DNA of 63,691 nucleotides, filler included, from Octopus bimaculoides (Eukaryota), in NCBI RefSeq assembly GCF_001194135.2. It is 5 parts of 5 records of this genome, joined end to end, with 100 filler letters (N's around TTAATTAATTAA, not from the genome) between each part and the next. Parts side by side here need not be neighbours in the genome. Positions count along the whole stretch, not along the records: positions 1 to 20,873 come from NC_069004.1; 4 more parts are not named here. One strand, written 5' to 3'. The translations under genes were made by a program, and so were the position numbers. Positions 1-10,559 of the stretch are shown one piece after another. Positions within the stretch are counted from its first letter, which is position 1, and each line of letters opens with the position of its first letter. A model generated the notes under the pieces. The model was not told the DNA's origin, made no database searches, and worked only from the letters and a program-made list of their open reading frames with translations.

Positions 1-175
1 TATATATATATATATTAGAATGTTTGGAAGTGATGTGCAGGTATTATATATTAGAAAAAATTAGGTACTCAGAGATTCTGGATGGTTGTACATTTACAGA
101 TTTTTATTAATATGTCACATGTTTTTATAAATCATATATTAGCACTTAAACATATGCGTATATACATATAAATAG

Positions 176-210
<35 letters not shown>

Positions 211-367
211 TTGAAAATGTGTGTAAAAAAATATAAAAAGTGGAAGAGAAATGCCTTCGTTTCATATAGTTTAATATCTTTTTATAAATATATACATATA
301 TGGATGTTGTGAAATCCAACTGGTTTCCGCTATTTAAATTAGCTTTTCAAGGGACATTGTACAGTAA

Positions 368-700
368 TCAGTTCTCGTGACAGAGGGGTTTCATCATTTT
401 GGATGTTTGAAGAATAAGAAGAATGAGTTTAGAGAGTGAACCAAGGGAAGCAACAAGTGGCAAGGGGGACAACTGGCTCCTCAGTAGAATTTTTTTAAAT
501 GGTCTAAGTTGTATATTGAGGTGTGGTCTGTACTTTTGTATGAACAGGTTTTCCTTGTTTAGGCGTTCTTGTACTGAGATTGAATCTTTGCATTGGTATA
601 ATGGGAAGATATGAAAATTAGGCGTTTCTTTTTTTTGCTTGCGCATCTGTCAATGTATCCACTCAGTGCTATCTGCTTGTATTGAGGGAAACGAATCTGT
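368..700 (-). mobile_element. Penelope-like element relic (GIY-YIG C-terminus)
   Basis: FHIFPLYQCKDSISVQERLNKENLFIQKYRPHLN resembles the PLE endonuclease end (F.IFP.Y...R..KE..FI.K..P.LN). Confidence 0.7.
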
Positions 701-772
701 TCTTTATGTAGCATGACTCGGTGTCTCAAAGTAAGGCTCGCTTGGCCAACATAATTGTGACCACAACCTGAG

Positions 773-940
773 CAATTCCCAGGGGCATCCTGTCTTGAAT
801 TCCTCTGTTATTGTCTGGAGGACTATGATAAATAGGAGGGGGTTGAGGACTGAACCTTGGTGGACCCTGACCTCTACCCGAAATTCTTCACTGTACTCGT
901 TGCCAACCCTCACCTTACTGATAGCATCGCTGTACATGGC
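773..940 (-). mobile_element. RTE-clade LINE RT fragment
   Basis: AMYSDAISKVRVGNEYSEEFRVEVRVHQGSVLNPLLFIIVLQTITEEFKTGCPWELL; inverted copy of 3304-3452. Confidence 0.85.
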
Positions 941-942
941 TA

Positions 943-1026
<84 letters not shown>

Positions 1027-1044
1027 TATATATATGTATTTTTT

Positions 1045-2400
1045 TTTATATCTAGTTTCAGCTCACAAGCTGTTGCCATGTTAGGGCACCGCCATTTGGT
1101 GTTGCTACATAATTTTACTTCACGAATGCTTTTTAGGAATTGACATTTGATGCATGAGGGAATTTCATGCTGCTGCCCGCATCTGTACCTCCTGCTACAA
1201 AGTTGGTTCATCTGGGACAGTTAACAGGAAGAGGTCCAGCTTTATTTTGAAGACACCTATATCCACCCCATGCAGGTCTCTCAGGTCCTTCGGGAGGATA
1301 TTGAAGAGCTGTGGACCTCTGAAGCCCAGGGTATTGCAGTATCTTGTCCTAAATCTTGATGGCAAATTTGGAGTCCTTGGCACTATGCAGTGGCGCCCAG
1401 TTCTAGTATTTGTGTAACTCTCGATGCCAAAGTTTGGGACAAGTCCTTCCAGATGTATATTATGTCATATCTTTCTTGCCTATGCTCTAAGGAATAGAGT
1501 TTTAATCTCTTGAGTCTTTCCCAGTAGCTTACTTGCTGCAAAGAGGCTATCTTCTTCATGTAGCTTTGTTGGATTGCTTCAAGTTCTGAGATTAATTTGA
1601 CACTGGTTGGTGACCATAGCTGAGAGCAATAGTCAAAGTGATTTAGGACAAGTGTCTTCCAGAGGACCATCATGGTTTGCTGATCTCTTGTTCTAAAAGT
1701 TCTAAGAATCCATCCAGTCAGCTGCCTGCATTTCATTGCCAACTTAGCAACATGCACATGGAAGGATACATCATTACTCATGGTCTTGCACTGTGTCTCT
1801 GGGATTTCAATCCCTCTAGGTCCAGTGCATTTAATTGGTATTGCATTTAGTTTTGCATACTGATAGCACATGGCTTGAAACTTTTCAGCATTAAACTGCA
1901 TGCTATTCGTTTCAGCCCACTTGTATATTTCATCCAGCTCACATTGCAGGTGCATAGTGTCATCAGGGTTCTGTATCCCGTGAGACTTTTGTATCATCTG
2001 CATAACTTGTGATCGTGGCTCTCTGTGTGGCTGAGGGCATATATGGGTTGGCCATTATGAACAGTAGTGGTCCCAAAACAGTGCCTTGTTGAACACCGCT
2101 CACTATTTGCATGTCATTGGAGGTGACCACATTGGCTACTACCACCTGACTTCTATCCTTCAGGAAGTCATGCAGCCATTCTCCCAATTTTCCAACTATG
2201 CCGAGATCATGCAGTTTATGACATATCCTTCCATGATCGACTTTATCAAAGGCCTTTGCAAAGCCGAGATATATCACTTCCACATTTGAGTGGTTGAGCA
2301 GCTGTTTCAGCACCCATTCATAGTGTTATAAGAGCTGAGTCAGGCAGCTTCTTCCTGGTGGGAAACCATGTTGGGTATATGTGTATATATATATATATAT
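1045..2400 (-). mobile_element. CR1/L2-like LINE, decayed 3' part
   Basis: Frameshifted RT motifs: FAKAFDKVDH, SGVQQGTVLGPLLF, SYADDTK, LNHFDYCSQLWSP, LKLYSLEHRQERYDIIY. Confidence 0.9.
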
Positions 2401-2815
2401 ATNNNNNNNNNNNNNNNNNNNNNNNNNNNNNNNNNNNNNNNNNNNNNNNNNNNNNNNNNNNNNNNNNNNNNNNNNNNNNNNNNNNNNNNNNNNNNNNNNN
2501 NNNNNNNNNNNNNNNNNNNNNNNNNNNNNNNNNNNNNNNNNNNNNNNNNNNNNNNNNNNNNNNNNNNNNNNNNNNNNNNNNNNNNNNNNNNNNNNNNNNN
2601 NNNNNNNNNNNNNNNNNNNNNNNNNNNNNNNNNNNNNNNNNNNNNNNNNNNNNNNNNNNNNNNNNNNNNNNNNNNNNNNNNNNNNNNNNNNNNNNNNNNN
2701 NNNNNNNNNNNNNNNNNNNNNNNNNNNNNNNNNNNNNNNNNNNNNNNNNNNNNNNNNNNNNNNNNNNNNNNNNNNNNNNNNNNNNNNNNNNTATATATAT
2801 ATATATATATATATA

Positions 2816-3017
2816 TCATCATCATCGTTTAACGTCCGCTTTCCATGCTAGCATGGGTTGGACGATTTGACTGAGGACTGGTGAAACCAGATGGCTACAC
2901 CAGGCTCCAATCTGATTTGGCAGAGTTTCTACAGCTGGATGCCCTTCCTAACGCCAACCACTCAGAGAGTGTAGTGGGTGCTTTTACGTGCCACCGGCAC
3001 GAAGGCCAGTCAGGCGG
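2816..3017 (-). mobile_element. RTE LINE 3' end with (ATG)n tail
   Basis: catcatcatcgtttaacgtccgctttccatgctagcatgggttgg..., nearly identical to 16400-16588. Confidence 0.8.
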
Positions 3018-3046
3018 TATATATATATATGTACACACACACACAC

Positions 3047-4485
3047 ATGAAGGTCACAGAGAGGGTCATAGCCCAACTAATTAGGGAGAGAGTCAGTCTA
3101 GATGAGATGCAGTTTGAGTTCATACCAGGGAAAAGCACCACTGATGCTATATTTCTGGTGAGACAGCTGCAGGAGAAATACCTAGCCAAAGATAACCCTC
3201 TGTACCTGGCTTTTGTTGACATGGAGAAAGCCTTCGACAGGGTCCACCGATCCCTTATCTGGTGGTCAATAAGGAAACTAGGGATAGAATGGTTCTGCGC
3301 AAGCCATGTACAGGGATGCTGTCAGTAAGGTGAGGGTTGGCAGTGAAGAATTCCGAGTAAGGATCCACCAAGGATTAGTCCTCACACCCCTCCTATTCAT
3401 CGTAGTCCTCCAGGCAACAACAGAGGAATTCAAGACAGGATGTCCCTGGGAGCTCCTCTATGCTGATGACCTTGCTATAATTGTTGAGTCACTATCAGAA
3501 CTAGAGGAAAAGTTTCAGGTGTGGAAGCAAGGATCAGAATTGGAGGGCCTTAGAGTCGACCTAGCTAAAACCAGAGTAGTAATAAGTAGGAAGGTAGACA
3601 AAACACAAACCCCTTCAGGTAGATGGCCCTGCTCGACCTGTAGAAAAGGCATAGGTAGAAACTACATAAGACGTACCCAGTGTAAGCTATGGACTCATAA
3701 GAGGTGCAGCAATATCAAAGGGAGGCTAACTGGGAAGATAGTTTTTGTATGTGGCAGATGCTCAGAGAACATCTTCCGTCACATTCCATGGAGAAAAACT
3801 AGAAGTAGTTGATAACTTCTGTTACCTAGGGGACCAAGTCAGTAGCAGGGGTGTAAGCTTGCAAGGAATGAACCCAGTATGCTCCTCTGGATGTGTAATG
3901 TCAGTGTGCATACACAACAGAGTGTAAGCAGCCTGAGAGAAAAGTTGGATTTAAGAAGCATCAGATGTGGTGAGCAAGAGAGATGACTGCCCTGGTATGG
4001 TTATGTGTTGCGAATGAATGAGGACAGCTGTGTCAAAAAGTGTCACACCCTAGCAGTTGAGGGAATCTATGGAAGAGGTAGACTCAAAACCTGGGATGAG
4101 GTGGTGAAGCATGACCCTCGAATATTAGGCCTTACCGAGGCAATGACTAGCAACTGGGACCTTTAGAGATATGCTGTGCTTGAGAAGACCCAACAAGCCA
4201 AGTGAGACCATAGCCCGTGGCCTATGCCAGTGGGTGTAACCAGTTCACTTATGAGTACCCCTCATTCATTGGACAATGAACTTTGCTTGTGAAGATCTAT
4301 TGAAGCAAGTGTAAACAAATCAAAATCACTGAAGTGGCTGATGACAGTACCACCTGATAGGCACTCGTGCCAGTGGAATGTTATAAGCACATCCGAGCAT
4401 GATCGTTGCTGTGGTTGGCATTAGGAAGGGCATCCAGCTGTAGAAACTCTGCCAGATAAGATTGGATCCTGGTGCAGCCATCTGG
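3047..4485 (+). mobile_element. RTE-clade LINE, degenerate RT through 3' UTR
   Basis: KSTTDAIFLVRQLQEKYLAK...AFVDMEKAFDRV, PWELLYADDL and a C-rich RWPCSTCRKG...QCKLWTHKRCS segment; internal deletions and stops. Confidence 0.9.
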
Positions 4486-4915
4486 CGAGAAAGATATGCC
4501 ATAATATACATCTGGAAGATCCTGGAGTGACTTGTCCCAAACTTTGGCATTGAGAGTTACACAAATACTAAAACAGGGCGCCACTGCATAGTGCCAAGGA
4601 CTCCAAATTTGCCATCAAGATGTAGGACAAGATACTGCAACAGCCTGGTCTTCAGAGGTCCACAGCTCTTCAGTATCCTCCTGAAGGAGACTTGCATGGG
4701 GTGGATGTAGGTGTCTTCAAAATGAAACTGGACCTCTTACTGTTAACTGTCCCAGATGAACCAATTTAACAGCAGGAGATGCAGATGAGGGCAGCGGCAT
4801 GAAATTCCCTCATGCACCAAATGTCAATTTCTAAAAAGAATTAGTGAAGTAAAATTATGTAGCAACACCAAATGGCAGTGCCACAGCTCATGAGCTGAAA
4901 CTAGATCAAATCAAA
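4486..4915 (+). mobile_element. CR1/L2-like LINE 3' end
   Basis: Reverse complement of ~1050-1480 with scattered mismatches; ends gagctgaaactagatcaaa. Confidence 0.85.
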
Positions 4916-5063
4916 TCAAATGATACCTATACATACACACATATATACACAAAACCGTTATGAGTATATACATATAAATATGTATGAGGCAGTTGCGTGC
5001 GTGCGTTTGTGATACATAATAACTGTAGGGGTAAGAATTTCATATATTGATTTGAATATTTTT

Positions 5064-5580
5064 TTTTCCCACGAGAGTTCCAGACCACAGTTATGAACTC
5101 ATTTGCATACAGCCAATCAGAGCTATCAAACTAATTTATGAGCGTATAACAAGTGATGGGCGATAAGATAAGGTCATTTGGGTAAGGAATGACCATACTT
5201 CTTTTCTCTTTTAATAATGCATATGTTCTTGTTCTTGTTTCAACCATGGCTGCCTGAGTATTTTTCTCCTGTTGTTGTTTACTTTCTAAAACAATAAGGG
5301 GAGAGGGTTGCTAGCACATCACTCTCTACCCATATTTTCCCCCATCCATATCTTTACCATATGGGGCCCTAACAAAATCCAATAATAAATATAGATGCAA
5401 ATCTATCTAATTACTTGTCTCCTTCTAAAATGAGGCATAACTTGGCGACACCACCATTCTTCGTCTCGAGTATATTTATTTGGTAGAGTGTATTTGTTAA
5501 CTTGACAAGGTCACGGTGAGCTCTGACTGGTTGTATGCAAATGAGTGCATTACTGGGGTCCGGAACTCTCGTGGGGAAAA
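5064..5580. repeat. 61-bp inverted repeat pair (5064-5124 / 5519-5580) carrying the octamer ATTTGCAT
   Basis: ttttcccacgagagttccagaccacagttatgaactcatttgcatacagccaatcagagct vs the reverse complement of 5519-5580: 6 mismatches and 1 indel. Confidence 0.9.
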
Positions 5581-6059
5581 GAAATTTCGCGGCCGGCTGC
5601 ATCTAGGTCATGACCTTTGCTGGCATGTTCTATTTTTAACCCTTGTAGATAGTTAAGGTGCCCCAGATTCAAGGTACCTTGGTATTGTAACCAGTTAATT
5701 CGAAAACGCCTTTTGAAATTCATTTCCATTAATACTTTATATTACTGCAAGCAGTTTGATCATATAGAAAGGGTGCCCTTCGATATTTTGAATACTGCAG
5801 ATAAAAAACATCTGACAATGGGAGGACCAATGTAATGGCACGAACGAACAAGGGATGTCATAAAGCAGCTTGTTTTAACCCTCTAAAGTTAAGATGCAGA
5901 AGTTAAAACAAATTAGTTTTCAGTTTCGCTTGTCGAAGTATCAGTTTTCGTTTCCTTAAAAATATCTGAATAAATGGAATTTATATATTTTTGTTAATTC
6001 ATTTCTTAAATGTCACATTATCACTGTTCTAATTATATACCAAATACATACATGTCAGT

Positions 6060-6275
6060 GTGTGTGTGTTTGTGTTTCTCCACAGCTAGACATACGGTGT
6101 TGGTTTGTTTACGTATCAGCAACTTGGAGATTCAACAACAGAGGCCGATAAAATAAGTATCTGACTTTAAAAAATAAGTACTGGGAGTCGATCTGTTTGA
6201 CTAAAAACCCTTTCAAAGCGGTGCCCCTGCATGGCCACAACCCAATGACTGAAACAAGTAAAAGATTTTTTAAAA
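6060..6275 (+). mobile_element. SINE 3' half (abundant family with internal TG microsatellite)
   Basis: Matches the 3' module of 14087-14490 and 35039-35722; ends gactgaaacaagtaaaaga. Confidence 0.75.
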
Positions 6276-7231
6276 AATTTAATTATTTATTTTTTTAAAA
6301 GATAAGATAGTTGATAATAGCTCGATCAGAGAGAAAGAGAGGCTGTGTGACCTCATGTCACAGTAAAAACTCCTTGTTATATATTGGAGATGGCCAGCAT
6401 CGCCTAAACTTGACTTGTTTTTCAAGTTTCGTCCGTCTCAGCTCTGAGTTAAAATACTGCAGGATGCAGGGATCGATACATTAAGTGCCAGTACTACGAT
6501 CGATCCTTCCCTTCTAATGTTGGTCTTAACAAAAGAAATGATTATTACTGATAGAAATAACAGGCTCTCATTGGAAATTAAAATTTCGCAAGAACATAGA
6601 TATTTAAAAGACTGGATGTTTTATATATTCAGAATAGGCAAGTGACACAAACTTATTTATATCAAATAAATGGTACAAGCGCCAATGATTCTCCGAGGAT
6701 GCCTCCACGTTTTTACTCCACTTTCCAGAATTGGTAGTCAAAGCTCCCTCAGAGCATAACCCCTAGTCTTGAAAGCTGTATAAGGTTCTACTTATATAAA
6801 AAAGCGGTGTAGTTAAAGCAGGAACACTTTTGATTATAGATCTGCATGACCAGGACAAATCTGGGGGTTAAATAACCACTACAACAAGAAACCTAATTAA
6901 TTAAGTAATTACGTAAGAACACATGTAAACTATTTCGAGCAAAACAGATGCTGCATAGATTTAAGTAATTTATTTCTGATAATTATATATTAGAAGCGGA
7001 ATTAATAACCGAAGGTAATTAGATTACAATAAAAATAGCTTTGGCAATAAATATTTATTAAAGACTCAAGTAACTTTCAATCAAAATAAACAGTCACACT
7101 GTTGATATCAAAGCATGCTTTCGTTCTCAGGATAGTTTAGTTAAATACTTATTCTAATTAACTAAAATAGAAGTTTTCCTAATTTCCTGTAAATGTGTAT
7201 GTGCTTGTCTACTAATTGAATGTTCACTTAC

Positions 7232-7314
7232 CGAAAGTTATATGTTTTAAACTTTTGAGATTCCCTCAACATTTTCTTATACAACGTGAGAACGCGTGTC
7301 CTCGTTGCAGACAT
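7232..7314 (-). CDS. LYRM4: LYR motif-containing protein 4 (ISD11, Fe-S cluster assembly), first coding exon
   Basis: Minus strand reads ATG TCT GCA ACG AGG ACA CGC GTT CTC ACG TTG TAT AAG AAA ATG TTG AGG GAA TCT CAA AAG TTT AAA ACA TAT AAC TTT CG|gtaagt = MSATRTRVLTLYKKMLRESQKFKTYNFR, closely matching the ISD11 N-terminus (human [29 protein letters not shown], from memory). Perfect gtaagt donor, phase 2. Later exons not seen in the window. Confidence 0.93.
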
Positions 7315-7489
7315 TCTGGTCTGTTATCACAGGAAGTGGTGCTGCCTTTGGTGCTCACCACGCGACTGGCGTGCGGCGTGTTTATATAATACGTGTGTAT
7401 ATGTGTGTGTATGTAAGTATATATATTTACAAACACATGTTTATATATATGTATTTAATCCCTTTATAGGTAAGAATACCGTATTTGTG

Positions 7490-7538
<49 letters not shown>

Positions 7539-8052
7539 GTGTGTATATATACATATATATATATACACACGCACACGTGTGTGTATGCTAATACAGTAGT
7601 GAGATCTGAAAGGTCGTGGTAAATGCAGTTGTTTAACTTCTAGCATCGACAAAGCTTGTATAGAAAACACAAAGAAGACGATAATTGATCAGTACAGCTA
7701 ATTAGGCAATTGTCGTTTATTAATCAATGTATTGATACACTTCGTCCCATATCGAAATTAGAAATTCCAGTTAGGGAGAGGTTGTAAACAACGTATTGGT
7801 TTTTATTTCGGAATAATAACAATTTCTTTTTCTCAAAATCCACAGTTCATTTATTATTATTAAAAAAATTAGAAAACAGAAAGTTTTCAAAAAAAAAAAA
7901 CCCAGCATGAAATTAAAATTAATTTGTACAGCAACGTTCTTCTGAGTACCTGTTCCGTTGTTTACTGACCCAAACACTCCGCCGTTTTCACTATTTAACT
8001 CGATAACTGTTTGTATATATTTGTCCGCTGATTAGTTTGGTAAATTGTCAGG
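7315..8052. promoter_or_regulatory. Probable bidirectional promoter and 5' UTRs of LYRM4 and FARS2
   Basis: 738 nt between divergent start codons. CpG-containing patches at both ends (7290-7380, 7960-8030), an ETS-type CAGGAAGTG at 7330-7338 and a TA/TG microsatellite at ~7390-7590. TSSs not determinable. Confidence 0.7.
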
Positions 8053-8069
8053 ATGGTTGTAATGCATAG
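8053..8069 (+). CDS. FARS2: FARS2 predicted first coding exon (MVVMH-R, 17 coding nt)
   Basis: ATG GTT GTA ATG CAT AG|gtaaga: phase-2 donor that matches the phase-2 acceptor at 12889/12890 (AG+G = Arg). It supplies an in-frame Met, which the 12890 exon lacks before the conserved core. Confidence 0.72.
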
Positions 8070-8275
8070 GTAAGATTTGCTCTTATTTGAAAAATATATA
8101 TAATATTAATATTGTCCAACCAGTGTCAACTCTGTCTTTCACTGTTTCGGGATCGCTAGCCCCTGGATGCTTTAAAGGAGCTGTTTGGGTAGCGAACCAC
8201 GAAACGGGGTTGGAATTCCAGTCGAGTACTGGCATCATCTCAAATTTTAGTCTTGTATCTCAGTTAGAAATAATC

Positions 8276-8413
8276 CACTGGTTCCCAACCCTTTTATCGA
8301 AATGAGTTTTCCCACGGACCCCTTTTAATATGCTTATCCTTATATATGAAATTTTGAATTTAGTTCACGCACCGTTAGTACTACCTTTGCGGACCCCTGG
8401 TTGAGAACCACTG
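8276..8413. mobile_element. hAT-type MITE with 8-bp TSD
   Basis: TIRs cactggttcccaacc / ggttgagaaccactg; identical 8-mer aaataatc at 8268-8275 and 8414-8421. Confidence 0.9.
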
Positions 8414-8558
8414 AAATAATCGATTATAGCAATAATAATAATTACAATTATTCTCATAAAACAGAAGGATGGAATAAACGGATGGAACGACGAAATGCTT
8501 TGCAGACGAAATGCTTTACAACCCCTTTACGTTCCAGTTAAAATCCGCCAAGGTCGAC

Positions 8559-9255
8559 TCTACGCAAGTGTGCCCCATTGATTTTGTTTGCACATAACCT
8601 TCTGAAAAATGGATATTTTTTTGCGTAATTTTCTACAAATACGTTTCAGATGGTGTGGATAACGATTATATTGAAATTTGTTGTTCAAATCTCTTCAGAT
8701 CTGGATAAGAGGAGTTTCGAATAACTTACACGCTTCGACTTCGTTTCCTCTTACATTATGATGATAAAGATTACAATTACGTTGAAAAGAAACATTAAAA
8801 AAAAACTTTCCCTTTGGACCATTCCACCCTTTCCTTTTTGGAATTTGTTTATTGTTTTTTTTTTTTAAATAAAATTTTCCAGGCCTACAGCATACCAAAA
8901 AGCCATACCAACAAATTCACGTCTGATAATTTTTGTTTTCAAATTATACCGGTTTCTCTGGAAAATTTCATTTCATTAAAAAAAATACCCATTTAACAAA
9001 TTCCGGAAGAGAAAGGTGAGAAAGGAACTTCAAAAGTTTTTTTTATTTTCAGCATAATTGTAAAATTGAAATCTACATCATTAAAACGCTCGAGGAAAAG
9101 TCGAGGTTCGTGAAATATTGCCCTCCACCCAGTTGTTGTGTTTATTTTTACTTTATAACCTGATGTACAATGTCTGAAAGGTTTTTGTAGAAAGTTTCAA
9201 TAAAAAATACTTATTTACTGTAAGTTATGAGGAGACCAAGTCGAGTGGTGCACGC
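8559..9255. mobile_element. Possible old non-autonomous DNA transposon
   Basis: Weakly complementary ends (gtgtgccccatt...cataacc / ...gttatg...agtggtgcacgc) around an AT-rich interior; no TSD confirmed. Confidence 0.35.
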
Positions 9256-9513
9256 CTATGTTATATCGACGTTGGTTATTCCGCATCACTCCTTAAAAAG
9301 CACAGGGCCGGATTATCGGTGGCATATATGTCAATACAATGGGTTGAATTGTGAGCAGGTGACAATTCAATCAACAACTATGTGATGGAGCGTGCAGTGT
9401 AAAACCGTAGACAATAGTCTTAATAAAATGTAGGCTGGACTGGTTTCTTGTAGCTCTTCTTCCAGTTCATGTGAGTCTTGGTAATCATCATCATCATCAG
9501 CATTATCATTTAA

Positions 9514-9720
9514 CCCTTTTGATACTAACCCTCCCTAGACTCTTTGACATAAATTTATTGTTTTAAAGTGGTCTCAATTATAATCTTTTAAAATTTTATG
9601 CTAATTTGTTCCAGACGCCATCTTAATAATGAGAAAGCTATTTTACTAAATTCTTTATTATATTAAAAATTTATTGACACAATGGCAGCATATGTTAACA
9701 GAAATATGGTAACAAAAGGA
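9514..9720. mobile_element. piggyBac-type MITE nested in an RTE 3' end
   Basis: TTAA at 9510-9513 and 9721-9724; ends cccttttgatac / gtaacaaaagga. Removing it restores the RTE tail catcatc...tttaacatccattttccatgctggcatgggttgg. Confidence 0.8.
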
Positions 9721-9869
9721 TTAACATCCATTTTCCATGCTGGCATGGGTTGGATGGTTTGACAGGAACTTGCATGCCAGAAGGCTATGCCAGACCCCAG
9801 TCATCTGTTTTAGCCTGGTTTCTATAGTTGGACACCCTTCCTAACGCCAATCATTTTACAGAATGTACT

Positions 9870-10110
9870 GGATGCTTTTTTCATGGTGCTGGAACACTGC
9901 TTTTCTGTGTGGTGCAGGCATGAGTTTGCTTTTTATGTGACTCCAGCATGGGTGCTCCTAACGTGTTGTGCTTTCTACATGGCACCAGTACAGGTGCTTT
10001 ATATGTGGCACTGGCATGGGTACTTTTACATGGCACTGGTACAGGCGCCGTTTACATGGTATCAGTATGGGTGTTATTTATGTGGCACCAGCACCTACAG
10101 GTTCACCAAA
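9870..10110. repeat. Degenerate ~30-bp tandem array in RTE-associated sequence
   Basis: About 7-8 units resembling gtgctttttatgtggcaccagcatgg. Confidence 0.7.
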
Positions 10111-10559
10111 TGACTTGCAAGACAAAGACGTCTCAGCTGAGAGAGGGAGAGGTACTGAAATAAGTGGCTATGTGTCGGGTGAGAAGTTGGATTATGATAG
10201 AGGGTCAGGGGTAGCTTTCTTACTGCAGAGGAGATACTTGGCTACTCCTGTAGGACAAGGAAGAAGAGAGAAACTGGAGAGAGAGAAGGAAGGATAGAGA
10301 CAGTCAGAGTCTGAGAGAGAAGTCTTACGCAAAGGGAACAATTGAGGGAGATTATAAGTAGCATAGAGGGGACAGAGGAGATATCTAGAGATAGCAAGTG
10401 ATGTTGAGAGTTACTGGAAGAGTCTGTAGTGGGTGGTGGGAGTTTTGAGGAGATGGTTGTGGGTGAGTTTTGCCAGAGAACAGAGTTATGCATGTGTGTA
10501 GGGGAAAAGTAGTTATGGCCATATAGCACGTCTCTATGTATAGATGGCCCCGATTTTAC

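Noticed and set aside
2872-2892. CTGAGGA-ctggt-GAAAC as a hammerhead (also at 16461)
   Set aside because: No room for stem II; it is the antisense of an RTE 3' UTR.
5411-5602. 63-aa minus-strand ORF MQPAAKFLFP...
   Set aside because: No recognisable homology, and it overlaps the inverted-repeat arm.
6738-6762. Possible LYRM4 exon 2 (tag|G GGT TAT GCT CTG AGG GAG CTT TGA = R-GYALREL-stop)
   Set aside because: The phase fits and YALR echoes ISD11, but a stop follows after 7 codons, downstream similarity is absent and the acceptor is weak. Probably chance; junction reads would settle it.
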